DNA of 63,025 bases, the filler included, from Octopus bimaculoides (Eukaryota): the NCBI RefSeq assembly GCF_001194135.2. It is 5 parts of 4 records of this genome, joined end to end, with 100 filler letters (N's around TTAATTAATTAA, not from the genome) between each part and the next. Parts side by side here need not be neighbours in the genome. Positions count along the whole stretch, not along the records: positions 22,427 to 40,510 come from NC_068982.1; 4 more parts are not named here. One strand, 5' to 3'. The notes below the pieces were generated by a model that was not told the DNA's origin, ran no database searches, and was given only the letters and a program-made list of their open reading frames with translations. How positions within the stretch are numbered: position 1 is the first letter of the stretch; every line of letters begins with the position of its first letter. This document shows, piece after piece, positions 24,480 through 38,115 of this stretch. Made by a program: the position numbers and the translations under genes.

Positions 24480-25950
24480 TGTTATTGTTGTTGTTATTGT
24501 GAGATGTATGTCACTTGTCCCAATGACCCCAAATCAATCGATAGTATCACGACCATGCTAACGTTTTTGCGACAGTATTTGATTTCATACTTTGAAGACT
24601 GTTTAACGGTCAACATTTTCCCTTTCTTTCCTTCTTACTTCGTTCTCAAATGGCACCACATCGATTTCAATACATCGTTTATTCCTGCTGTCGATGATGA
24701 CAATTACCTGTTTCTTGTGAAAAATTCTTCCTTCGGTGTTTATGGAAAAATCCACATCATTCGCACATCATTCGCACTTCAAATATTCTGGGGCCTTGCA
24801 CTTCGATTCTCATAAAATGTAGAACATCTTTTTTCCTCACAAAACCAAATCTCGTGTATTGTTGCACTAATCTTATCATGTTTCCCTGTTTGTAATCATT
24901 ATTGACCAGATGTTAATTTTCTGATAGAATATAATCAATGGTCCTACATGAATCATTGCAAATTCTGCAAATTCTGCATTTGTGTAAGTACTCTTATCGA
25001 TCTAAGGGGTTCTTGTATTGCCAAGATCATTCCTAATGTTTCCTCCTTCCGTACCCCCTTTTAGCTGTTATTCTCATCCCTTTATTTCGAGTTCTTTTGA
25101 AGATTTATTTCTCTGAATGTTTAAGTTTCCCTTTTATATAGTTTTCCGTATATTTTTTTTAGTCGCGAACTTAGTATAAAGAGCTTTGCACTTCTGTGGG
25201 CTTAAGAAATATTTGTTTTTGCTTTCTTCTTGACAGAAAACCTGACATCTGTATTCTAGTTCTGCCACCTCATTAACCCTACCCTTTCTTCTCTTCATTT
25301 CCAGTATAACCGACCAACACTAACTTTGATATTTACATTTCAAGCACTGTGAGCGTGTTTCTCGTTCCCTCTGTCGATATCCTTTCTCCATTCTATTATT
25401 TCTGTTCCTTACTGTATTACGGATACCACCCGCAGATCCACTGATTCTATGGTCTTTCCCATATTCAATTTATATTTTATTATCTTCATGAACACACATT
25501 CTCAGATCAAATCACTTGCCTGGTAGGTACACCTCCAAAGTTATCTTTTTTCTCCGGAAATATTTTTTATTGAGGGTTTTCTTCATTTTGTATAATTTTG
25601 ATTGTGTTCTTATGTAATGGCTTCCCCTATATATTTGTATTCGTTCAGTGTTTAATGATTTCGTATTCCTGTCATTGGATAGGTATATTCCAGTAGATTT
25701 TATGGAATTGCTTCGCTTCAAATTCATCATTGCTTATTTTACGATTCCGACATTCATCCGTATCTCGTTACAGAATATTCTTACAGCTTGCACTACAGAT
25801 TACATATGGTTCTTGCTTTCGTCACAAATCTTTAAATCTTGTTCCGTAATTTCTCAAAACAACGTTGTCAACTATTAAGTCATTTGACATTCTAATGCTC
25901 TTTCTCCGAGAGCTGTTCTCTGTTCATCATGTATTATCAATATCTCAGAT
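24480..25950 (-). mobile_element. Heavily decayed R4/Dong-type LINE (RT to REL)
   Basis: The minus strand gives DLKICDESKNHM*SVVQAVRIFCNEIRMNVGIVK*AMMNLKRSNSIKSTGIYL and DFSINTEGRIFHKKQVIVIIDSRNKRCIEIDVVPFENEVRRKERE. Confidence 0.7.
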
Positions 25951-26298
25951 ATCCTTTCATCCACCACTTCTTCAGTGCAATTTTTTACTTACTTCATACT
26001 TTGTGTTATATAATTGTTTGACATTTCTTTCTTGCACACAGCCTGAGGCTTAACATTATTGTTTTAATTCTTAGAGCGCTCGGTCTTGTTTGTGCTGGTT
26101 GCTTCTGTGAGAGTGGACAGCAGAGGTCAAACAAATTCACTATTGTCAGAGATCAAACAATGTCACTTTCCGCGCAATATAAGCTTTGATACTTAGTTTT
26201 TAATTATCATGGAAGACATTTCGCATCCAAGTACTAGACTCAAAATCCAAGCTGTCCACAACAGGGTAGTTTTTTGGAACTTCATTTGCTCTCTTGTC

Positions 26299-26299
<1 letters not shown>

Positions 26300-26329
<30 letters not shown>

Positions 26330-26378
26330 CTTCTTCTTCTTCTTCTTCTTCTTCTTCTTCTTCTTCTTCTTCTTCTTC
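26300..26378. repeat. (CTT)n microsatellite
   Basis: Pure CTT run. Confidence 0.95.
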
Positions 26379-26659
26379 TATAATTTAAGTCGTCGCACAG
26401 TATACAATATCGTGAGGTTGTTGATTAAAGTTATTGTGTCTACGGGAGGCTTGAACTCTTTGTCAAGTCATAACAAGGACCTCCGGCAGACAACATTTTA
26501 CGCAATATGTGTCCAGTTCCAAGTAATGCCGACTTATGCAATACACCAAGATTGTAAGGTATTTCTAAAGTTTTCAGATGTTTTTTTTTTCAGATTGAGT
26601 GGTATTGAACCCAATGCTCCGACGACACAAGGGACAACCTTTATGTTTGACTCTCGTAG

Positions 26660-26832
26660 CTGCCACATCTTAGTGATCTCAATTTTCAGGTCTCCATATT
26701 TATCAACTTATCAACCTTTCCTCTTTCTTTTATTTTGATATGTTGATCTCCTGGCACTGTTACGTCAATTATTACACACTCCTGTTTGTCCCATCTAAAG
26801 GTTACTATATCCGGCCTCCTGTGCTCTGATAT
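26660..26832 (-). mobile_element. Short R4/Dong-type REL endonuclease fragment
   Basis: ISEHRRPDIVTFRWDKQECVIIDVTVPGDQHIKIKERGKVDK. Confidence 0.7.
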
Positions 26833-27010
<178 letters not shown>

Positions 27011-28424
27011 TTCAGGGAAAGAACAGCGCATGTCACTAAAGTGAGACTGAGGAACAAATATACGAAGGCCAATACACCCATCATGACCACCCGTCAGGAA
27101 AGGGTATGCTACGCACATGCGTCACCATCACATGCGCGTGACATGGTGATTAGGATCGATCGAAATAGGCACCTTTTACACAGATTTTCGAAATATATTT
27201 TGTATTGCGAAATCCTTTAAAAACAACTGTGTCAAAATCTGAAGTTCTTAAATGTACATCTTCAGGCTCTGCATCCCACTTGAAAGTTTCAATAATGAGC
27301 GGAAAATCAATTTATAACACTTTTGCCGTTCCTTATTTTATTTTTTACATTCCTTGTTACGAATCGACTTTGTTTTGCGAGATAATTTAAAAACAAGTGT
27401 TAAAACCTTAAGCGCAATCCTTCAAAAGTGTTAAAAGTTTTAAAATCTGAAGCTGAATCCTTTAAAACAAGTGTTAAAATCTCAAGCTAAGAAGTTGATA
27501 TCTTCAAGCTTCGCAACGCACTTGAAATTTCGAAATTATGCGAAATAAAAAGACTTTTTGACTTTGTTTTCTGTATTATTTTAATAATAGGTCACCGAAT
27601 ATATGTTATATGAAGTCTAAATTACATACACATTAAAATAAATTAAACAAATTGTCAAGATTGTATTAGAAAATATAATTCTTCTTTGCTAAAATGTATC
27701 TATCCCTTGAGTTACGACTGCGTCAGTTAAACCGAGAATGCATTTCAGGCCGTGTGCTTATCAGAGAAAGAATTATATAAGCAAGTTTTTCTAAATCCTC
27801 AGAAACGAGTAACTTTTATACGTAATGTTATTGGATTGAAATGTGTCAGCATTCTACACTCTACAGACCACTAGGAACTGTATTAAAGCCAGTTAGTGGA
27901 AATACATTAAATTCATGCTAAGTGTAAAGAGACAATTCGCAGTAAAATAGGAATTAAATCTGTTTTTTTTAAAGAATTATTATCACTCTGCATTTATGCT
28001 AAAAAGGTAAATTTTCTAGCTTTATTTTACACGTAACTAGAGGCTTGTATTGTCCTTACCACAAGCTGAACCAAAATTCATCCCTCACACAGATTATCCA
28101 ATCATTCTAGATTTGGAACAGATAATCTAGTTAAAAATATTTCCATTAATATTTAAATTATCGGCAAACGAAAAAATTTCATTGACAACGCCGAATATTA
28201 CGACTAATCACAGGAACGAATTAGATTTAAGGAAGAGATTAGCAACATTCCACTGGATGAAAAGGTATACCATACCTGAAAAATCGATAATTCCCATAGA
28301 AACGGAAATACCATTAAGACGCCTTTTATTATTTTACATGCAACAAGTAGAAACAGCAGCGAACTTAAACTCACATACATAGCATTAAATTCTAAAACTT
28401 AGCTTGCATAGCATCGAATATACT

Positions 28425-28835
28425 TTTCTACTCTAGGCACAAGGCCAGTCGATTAGATCGACTCTAGTACGCAACTCGTACTTAATTTATCGACCCCGAA
28501 TGGTTGAAAGGCAAAGTCAACCTCGGTGGAACTTGAACTCAGAACGTAAAGACAGACAAAACACCGCTAAGCATTTCACCCGGTTTACTAACGATTCTAC
28601 CAGCTCACCGCATTTGAATAATAAGTATACTATGCACAAGACCCGAAATTATTGGGGGAGGAGGGAAGTCGATTAGATCGACGCAATACGCAGCTCGTAC
28701 TTAATTTATCGACCCCGAGAGGATGAAAGGCAAAGTCGACCTCAGCGGAACTTGAACTCAGAACGTAGAGACAGACAAAATACCGCTAAGCATTTCGCCC
28801 GGCTTGATAACGTTTCTGACAGCTCGCCACCTTAT
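28425..28835 (-). mobile_element. Two tandem family A SINEs
   Basis: Two copies of ..AAAGGCAAAGTC(A/G)ACCTC..GGAACTTGAACTCAGAACGTA..CAGCTC(A/G)CC on +. Confidence 0.85.
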
Positions 28836-28864
28836 GCATAGCATCAAATATAGACTCCCAATCG

Positions 28865-28998
28865 GGATACAGTGAAGCGTCGAAAGGCGAGGAAAAGGAA
28901 CGTAACTTGGTGTAAGTCTCCTAATATAGAAAATCTCTGCAATTAATACGGGTAAGGAAGTCTTCTAATTTTCTAAGCAGAAACTTCCTTTCTAACTA
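28865..28998 (+). mobile_element. Penelope-like RT C-terminal fragment, cut by a gap
   Basis: KRRKARKRNVTW...NTGKEVF..., resembling the PLE motif RKRNITWFNPP....TN.GK.F. Confidence 0.5.
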
Positions 28999-29221
28999 AN
29001 NNNNNNNNNNNNNNNNNNNNNNNNNNNNNNNNNNNNNNNNNNNNNNNNNNNNNNNNNNNNNNNNNNNNNNNNNNNNNNNNNNNNNNNNNNNNNNNNNNNN
29101 NNNNNNNNNNNNNNNNNNNNNNNNNNNNNNNNNNNNNNNNNNNNNNNNNNNNNNNNNNNNNNNNNNNNNNNNNNNNNNNNNNNNNNNNNNNNNNNNNNNN
29201 NNNNNNNNNNNNNNNNNNNNN

Positions 29222-29500
29222 NATACCAGCATATTCAGCAAATACTCGCTAAAACCCAAAGCCTGTATTAAAATTAAAAATTCGTTGGACCTGCAAGTTC
29301 TCCATCATCCACCACACTCACCTGATCTTTCCCCCCACTGATTATCACTTCTTCCAAAATTTCGGTAACTTTTGAATAGGAACAAAATTTAATTCCGACA
29401 ATGCTATAAAACAGGATTTCCAAGATTTTATTGACTCCAGATTGCCAGACTTTGACAGTTCCGGCTGGACAAGTTACCCTATTTTCCTTTTTTTTTTATA
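29222..29500 (+). mobile_element. Mariner (DD34D-type) transposase C-terminal remnant
   Basis: LDLQVLHHPPHSPDLSPTDYHFFQNFGNFLN, then a frameshifted KFNSDNAIKQDFQDFIDSR. Confidence 0.85.
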
Positions 29501-31278
29501 TTATTCTAAGTTTATCCTTGTTCTTGTACGTTGCTGGAGGATGTTGCGTACGTAAAACAGTCTCCTTTTAGCCTCAGACGTCTTTTTCGTGTGACATGAT
29601 GTTGATTGAGAAACCAATTTACTCTCGCATGTTTTTGTAATATGTTCCTGGCGGAAGTTATATTAACGTTGTCAGGGTGCGAAGAATGTTAAAGAATGTT
29701 GAAGGAAAATGTTCGTATATTAATATGTCCCTTGAGCAGAATTTTTGTAGCTTTCTTGCAAAAATTGTTCGCTCGTTTTTGTTTTTTTATATGACTTTAA
29801 TAAGCCTGAACGATACACCAGTTAACGTATTGTACACAGAACGGATCAAATGAACGTTTCTAAGTATAAATGCGCAATAGCAGTTCTAAAGCAAAATAAG
29901 CAAAATATGGTAATTATTATCGAGTGACTAAAGAAACCTGAATTCTAGTAATTCTATGAAAAATGAATAATATTCTGTTTGCTAATGCTGTGGTGTTTTC
30001 TTTCTACCAATATTAATTTTCGTAAATGTCTGTTGGGCGCTAATTTTACTTGAAAACTTTTTTCCATGCACAATATATATTTAAATACATTTGTATCTGT
30101 TTCTCCCTTTTTATTAATATCTCGTAAAAAGAAGAATAAAGAAAGACATTTTTCTCTGTAGGACATGTGATTATTCAATGTTGCGAAAGTTTGGTATTTC
30201 CAACTAGATATAACAATAGCTGTACTTATACATTATTGCTTGATTAAGGATAGCATTATCGCATAAATATAGCTGCTATGACACGTGCAAAAGATAAGAA
30301 AAAAAAAACAATCAAACAAAATCTCTGGTAATGCCAATAATCTGCTTCCTTGGATACTAACGAAACAATACATTATGAAAGTGTAGGTGGGGCATTAATT
30401 AATCCTATTTTACTGTTTGAATACATGCTGCTGTTTAGCTTTAGCCTTCTTATTTAATGGTTCTTTTGTTATTTATCTCTGCTGCAGTCTACTTACATGG
30501 AACAGAAATTCTTTCATATATGTGTACTACTTTAGATTAGGGAATTAATTTTTTGAAACTTCTTTTGTGTACAATTTTAATTGAACATTTCTACAAGCCA
30601 CTCGCAACTACTTCCGCAATTTCATATTGTTTGATGACCTTAAAATTTTGTAGTTCTACTTTGGTTTATTGTTAAATAATACTTTTTTCGTTTATGATGT
30701 TTTACTTATTTCTCAACTTAATTGCCTCGGGAATTCACATGACCAACATCCCACAATGTTTCAAAGGAACACCAGAAGAGTGATTAAATTTCTGTTGTCA
30801 TCAACAAATACCAACGCATTTCTATCATCGGACTTATAAATGTCGATGGTGTTTCGATCCATACAGACGCTCGTTGAGCGATTTGCTGGTCATGTGCTTT
30901 AGAATTTGCAAGTTACGCTAGTATTCATATCTCAGCAAAATAAGAATTGTTTATCCTCTTTAGTCATTCAATCACACACGCATACAAACACATGTATATG
31001 TATATATTTATGTATATATTTATGTATGTATGTATGTATGGATGGATGGATGGATGGATGGATGAATGGATGTGTGTGTGTGTAAGTGTTTGTGTGTGTA
31101 TATATATATATTTATTTATTTGTCATTCTACTTTNNNNNNNNNNNNNNNNNNNNNNNNNNNNNNNNNNNNNNNNNNNNNNNNNNNNNNNNNNNNNNNNNN
31201 NNNNNNNNNNNNNNNNNNNNNNNNNNNNNNNNNNNNNNNNNNNNNNNNNNNNNNNNNNNNNNNNNNNNNNNNNNNNNN

Positions 31279-31310
<32 letters not shown>

Positions 31311-34230
31311 CGTGTGTGCGTGTGTGTGTGTGTGTGCGTGTGTGTGTGTATGTACATATATATATGCATAATGATATATAATGACACACTCATATATGCA
31401 CACGTACGTGTATGTTGTATATGTATAAAAATAGATGTGTATATGTGTGTGTATATGTTTGCGTGTGTGTTTGTGTTCATGCGAATAAGGGCAATCATTA
31501 TCCACCTATTTCTCTATGCAAACAAGGGGTATATATGCTCGTATGTGCATAAACACAGACGTGCATATATACACATATTCATACATTGTTAAATTGTTTA
31601 ATCTTATTTATCTTTTGCTAAACTGTCACGGGTGATTGATGTGTGGCATATTGCTTAACATAAACATGCGAGAGTAAATATTGAAATCTCCTTAAAACGG
31701 CTGTCAAGGCAACATGCTCTAGGCTCAGAAGTAGTTTCACATTTCCTTGGGTTTTTTTTGTTTCGAAATTCAAAATTATCTACGTGTTTTATTTTTCTTT
31801 TGCCTTAGTTACTCATCTCGCACATTTCTGCTTCATTTCTTTATATAATTCGCCATTTAGGCTCTTTTCATTCGATATTTGTCGGACTCGTGGACAATAA
31901 ATTTATTCTATTTCTTTCTCTTCCTACTTCTCAACATTCCCATCATCAACATCATCCCAGGACATCATCATCATCATCATCATCATTATCATCATCATCA
32001 TCACCATCATTACCATCGTAGCATGCCTAAAATGTTATTGGAAACAACTTATTCACTGTTGTAATTTGTGTAAACTTTGGACCGACTCTGACTTCATTTT
32101 TTAAAGGAAGGGTTTGACACTTTGTGCCCTACAGGTCACAGGTTTCATGATTTCCTATGCCTTTATCTATTGTGTTACGCCTCTACCACTAGATTCAGTG
32201 ACGTCCCCTTAAAAATATTACACCCCAATTTGCTGTAAGAATCCGCGCATGCGTGCCGACAGCAAGAACAATAACAACAATAGCAGCGATGGTAATGACA
32301 ACGTATTATAATACTTAGGGCAAATATTTTATGAACGAAAACACGAACACAGACGCCAGCAGCGACAGCAACAACATCAATTACAACAACAATAGCATGG
32401 ACAGCAAAATAAAAATGGCGATCAACGGAACGACATGCTCAGGAAATTACCGTACAAATGGTTGAGCACCTCACTGACACCTGTATCATTAACGAAGTTC
32501 TCAAGGAGAGTCAGCATGACGCAGAATGGGAAAAGGCAGGCCCTCTAAATTAAAGGCGTCACTCATTTTTGCCAGTTGAGGTGACAGGTTCAACATGAAA
32601 ATAAAATGTCTTGCTCCGTGGCACATTGCGCGAAAGTGAATCAAACTCATAACCTTATGATTGTGAATCGAAAACCTCAATTATTAAGCCACGCGCATTC
32701 ATTACTAAAGTAAAATAAATAGCTGTGTCAACAGTATGAAAGACAAGAAAATAAAAGCGGCAACAACGACACAGGTGTGCTTGACTCAAGGTTCATTTTT
32801 GTCTTCCATTTTATAAGCATCAAGCCTTATTTCACGCAACTCCCACTCCACTAGTTTACTTAAAACTTTATTCTTTCATTCTAAAGTGGTTGTATATACA
32901 AGAAACATTCTGGCATATATTTAAATTAGCAGTGGAAAACACGTGATCGAACATGTGCTGTTTAAAATTTATGGCCTAGGTGATCCGATCAATATAAGGA
33001 TTAGTATGTTTTAGGAGCTAAATATTTACCCATCAGAAACTGTTAGTCGTTTAACCTGTTGTTCTATCAGTTTTAGAAAAAGGGTTTAACACAATCCAGT
33101 GTATGTTTAAAACAATATGTTATCTATAGGATTATATGCGAACAGCTGCACCTGGTGAAGTGTTGGGTCAGTTTAATCTTTTTGTATTAGTAGCTACCTA
33201 AATAATCCCTGTTTGCTATCACGGTTACTGCTGCTCACCATGAGGTCCACGGAATTACCATTCGACACAAGTGTGATTATTCGCGCTTCGAGATATTCAA
33301 TCCACTTCGTCGTGGTCGTCTTAAATTTGCGTACACTTCGCAGTCGTTGAGAAGGAGCCCGTATCTGTGGGGCAAGGGAATTCGGATTTCATTCGAGGTT
33401 ACCATATTTGTGTTGCAGTATTTGTGCCTCTTACCCAAGATTTCGAAAAACAGCAACCTCATTTTAGAATTGACCCCAGAACATGTGCATTTAGACGACA
33501 TAATCCTATAAGTAGCACTTTTAGTGGAGAAGTAAGGAATGATAATAAGTTATACCTTATTTGGGTCAATCGTTAGCTGCATTCATTACTCGCTGCTTAT
33601 TTGGGGCATTGAATTAATTTTGTGTCCTTTGAAATTTCCGCAATTCAAGTCGAAAACACAATTTCTAGAAGTCTTCTAGAAATCTTACAAAATGATATTG
33701 GAGAGGAGTTGGTTTCCACTCACCCTTACTGTTTAATTCTTTGCTGTTTTGTAATGCATATGTCATCAAATCCACATTTACTCCGTGGTAGCCTCTATTC
33801 AATCAAGTTGGCTGCAAATGTTTTGCAGGGACATTTCTAGAAATCAAACCATATCTCCACATAGCTGGATACGTTAACTAAAATGACGAAAGTCTGCGAT
33901 AGGATTGATCGGAAAGCCTTTGATCATAGGTCAGTGCAGACATGGAGCTACACAACATTCAGAAGATCCAAGTATGAAAATTATGAATTTAAGAAGTACG
34001 CATGCGCTTATTTATTGTGGCTGTTCATTTAGTTCCGTTCCCTTGTTTTTGTTGTGATTATGTCTGTGGTAGTTTTTTTTAGAGGTGTTGTTCCTAAAAC
34101 TTCCATGTTATTCGTCATGGCCAGCGTTGAGTTTGCATGCTCTTTGGATTTTAGTCCATCTTTAATTGGTTTTAAGATACTTTTAATTCTCTTCTATTTT
34201 TACTAGGGCTTCTTCTGAATTTACCTTCGA

Positions 34231-34300
<70 letters not shown>

Positions 34301-36372
34301 TCTCATTCTCTCACTCTTCCAGTTAAATAATTGAAAATTGGCACGATGCAAGAAATGACTGATATATGCTCATATATGACCTTTGTACCTTCAATTTTTT
34401 TATGAGGTAGAAGCAGTCATCATTTATTTAACTCCTAGCGATTTTCTTGTATCAATCGCCGACCCATATATCTCAGAATGTCGACAAAAGTTTTGATTCT
34501 GTTCAGAATACAGGGTGTTTTTATATTTAAGTATTTGAAAGGAAAATCGTTTCTAATCTTATAGCCAACGCTGTTCAAGTGACGCAGCGACAATAAAATT
34601 ACATTTCTCGCATTTAAGTGTCGGTTTAGGGTGCATAGCTTTATCTACTGACGATCAATGCATGTATGTATGTATGTATGTATGTATGCTCCTGTGTGAG
34701 TTTGTATTATATAGCGATTATGTTAAATACAAAGTTTGGGATTTATATTAAACATATTTCATAATCCTTATTTGTGTTTTTTTTTTGTTTAGTTTGGAAC
34801 AACAGCATTCAGTAACCTAACATGGCCTTCAGAGATTCATCATGAAAATAAAGTGTTATTCACACTCATTGCTGTAGTTCCCCCAAAACCACAGAATAAT
34901 AACAATACCGTTATACCTGATGCAAATATTCCACCATCTTTTTTAAAAGTTACACAATGTACAATCCAAGTAGATTCATATTTTATCTACGTCTGATATT
35001 ATGGCGTTTATTCTTTATTCTTTATTTCATTATTAGTAAATGACACACAATTATTCATACCAATCAAATGAACAAATTTCGATGTACTTTGTAAAACTCA
35101 TGATTCACATTATTATATAGGAAACACTAAGAAAACCCACTTACATCGACTGCTCAAGAATTTAAAGAATGACATATCGCAGCACATTGTAATGAACTAC
35201 ACGAAATAAAACTAGAGTTAGAAACCTTTTTTGATAACAAAATTTTCCAAAGAATTTCAAATTAAAAAATTGAGTTTAGTTCTCTGCTGCTTTAGAAACG
35301 ACAGTAAATGCAGGTAAAGATGTGTTTTATTGCTGATGATACCCTGCCGTTCACCACACTTTACATTCTGATTTTGTTTCCCCGCTGAAGAGCAAATGAA
35401 CAATTGTGCATCTCATCCTGCACCACAGTCTCAAAGCAAGAAATGCGAAGTCCACTCGGTGGCATTTGAACTCAGAACATAAATTCGGAAGATATGCTGC
35501 GAAGCATTTTATCTAGTGCACTACCGGTTGTAACAGATCATCGTCTTAATAGACTGAAATACAGGTTTCAAAGTGTGTTACAACGGTAGAAATTTATGGT
35601 AGAGGTAAGTCTATCTCATCCACCTCTGCCATCAACTGGTACTTATTTTTAAAAAACCGAAACGATGAAAAGCACAGTCGATCCCGGTGGAATTTGAACT
35701 CACGCAATATATATGTATATATANNNNNNNNNNNNNNNNNNNNNNNNNNNNNNNNNNNNNNNNNNNNNNNNNNNNNNNNNNNNNNNNNNNNNNNNNNNNN
35801 NNNNNNNNNNNNNNNNNNNNNNNNNNNNNNNNNNNNNNNNNNNNNNNNNNNNNNNNNNNNNNNNNNNNNNNNNNNNNNNNNNNNNNNNNNNNNNNNNNNN
35901 NNNNNNNNNNNNNNNNNNNNNNNNNNNNNNNNNNNNNNNNNNNNNNNNNNNNNNNNNNNNNNNNNNNNNNNNNNNNNNNNNNNNNNNNNNNNNNNNNNNN
36001 NNNNNNNNNNNNNNNNNNNNNNNNNNNNNNNNNNNNNNNNNNNNNNNNNNNNNNNNNNNNNNNNNNNNNNNNNNNNNNNNNNNNNNNNNNNNNNNNNNNN
36101 NNNNNNNNNNNNNNNNNNNNNNNNNNNNNNNNNNNNNNNNNNNNNNNNNNNNNNNNNNNNNNNNNNNNNNNNNNNNNNNNNNNNNNNNNNNNNNNNNNNN
36201 NNNNNNNNNNNNNNNNNNNNNNNNNNNNNNNNNNNNNNNNNNNNNNNNNNNNNNNNNNNNNNNNNNNNNNNNNNNNNNNNNNNNNNNNNNNNNNNNNNNN
36301 NNNNNNNNNNNNNNNNNNNNATACACCTGTCTTCGTCTTTTGTTTTTCAGTAAACTTCATATATATATATAC

Positions 36373-36438
<66 letters not shown>

Positions 36439-36772
36439 GCGTGCGCGTGTGTGTGTATTTCAAGATCATAAATAAGAATGAGATATTCTACGTATAGAAT
36501 ACATTTTGTAATGCGCAAGAGAATTAAATTTGAACAGGCAGAGAAGTAAATGTGAGCATAAGCAAGTTAGATCAATATTCATCTACTTGTTTCAGTAATT
36601 TCACGGCAACCATACTGGGAAACCGCTTTTCTACACAACGCTTTCCTTGCATTATTGAACTGCAACTGTAACACCCAATATATATATATATTTTTTATTT
36701 TTATTCTCTTATTTCCCTTTATAATTCTTATATTGAACTCTAATATTTCCCTCTATTTAACTCTCTCATATC

Positions 36773-36820
36773 GTCTCTGATGAAGGGATATCCATCATAT
36801 TCCTGAAAGAGCTATAAGAC
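36773..36820 (+). ncRNA. Minimal type I hammerhead ribozyme motif, helix III mutated
   Basis: GTCT-CTGATGA-AGGGATAT/ccatc/ATATTCCT-GAAA-GAGCTA-TA-AGAC. Helices I and II and the core are intact; the C-G pair closing helix III is lost. Confidence 0.65.
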
Positions 36821-36885
36821 TACCTTTCTCTTTATAAATGTCCTAGAAATTTCACACTGCCCTAGTTTTCTTGTCTCATTTTATT

Positions 36886-36934
<49 letters not shown>

Positions 36935-38115
36935 CACACACACACNNNNNNNNNNNNNNNNNNNNNNNNNNNNNNNNNNNNNNNNNNNNNNNNNNNNNNN
37001 NNNNNNNNNNNNNNNNNNNNNNNNNNNNNNNNNNNNNNNNNNNNNNNNNNNNNNNNNNNNNNNNNNNNNNNNNNNNNNNNNNNNNNNNNNNNNNNNNNNN
37101 NNNNNNNNNNNNNNNNNNNNNNNNNNNNNNNNNNNNNNNNNNNNNNNNNNNNNNNNNNNNNNNNNNNNNNNNNNNNNNNNNNNNNNNNNNNNNNNNNNNN
37201 NNNNNNNNNNNNNNNNNNNNNNNNNNNNNNNNNNNNNNNNNNNNNNNNNNNNNNNNNNNNNNNNNNNNNNNNNNNNNNNNNNNNNNNNNNNNNNNNNNNN
37301 NNNNNNNNNNNNNNNNNNNNNNNNNNNNNNNNNNNNNNNNNNNNNNNNNNNNNNNNNNNNNNNNNNNNNNNNNNATATATATATTTGTATATCCATTGAT
37401 TTATTGTGATATGAAATGTGTAATATTTGATTAATAGTATAATATAATCAGTGTAGACGAAAAGTATTCAATTTCCCCGACAAGTAACATATACGCTGCT
37501 GATGAGATTATCAAACTGTTGTTTGTTTGTTTGTTTGTTTGTTTGATTCTTTGCTTTTTTCTTTTTACACTGTGTAAATATCACTTGTATATCAATCTAT
37601 GTAAAATCCACTCATGAAGTTCTTAATAGTAGATTTCTGTTGTTCGCTTAACTAATTTAAAATCGTGCGTGGTATAACTCAATTTTGATTTTCAGAACAA
37701 CTTGTGGTATCTTTAGTTTCCCTGTAACCGAATTCAGTAGGAGATGATTGATCGACCTGGGACTTTAGAAAATGATACTTGCTCGAGATGGAACAAGACA
37801 TTCGTAACTACAATGCGAATGTCGTAGTCCAGTGAATTGTATATTATATAAATGACTGGTGTATTCATTAATCAATTACATATTCCATAGAATGAAAATA
37901 TTTTGAAGAAATCTCTTCTATTATAATAAATGCTATATATCTTTTACGATACATATCGAAGATTTGTTCGTTATTTTGTCTGAGTAAATTAAATGCAAAT
38001 ATAAATGTCAAATACCTCTGTGATATACAATCGAGTGGTTTTTTGAACATATTACCGCTCATTATAATCATTCTCTACAGAGCATTTAATAACACTGGTG
38101 ATTATGTCCACTAAA

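Noticed and set aside
33205-33510. Stop-free + strand frame of ~100 codons in GC-richer sequence
   Set aside because: No start codon, recognisable motif or convincing splice sites.
34795-34990. Possible transporter exon (FGTTAF.. on +) or WD40-like peptide (WIVHCVTFKKDGGIFASG on -)
   Set aside because: The + reading does not match Aa_trans motifs. The - reading lacks a polypyrimidine acceptor and soon hits stops.
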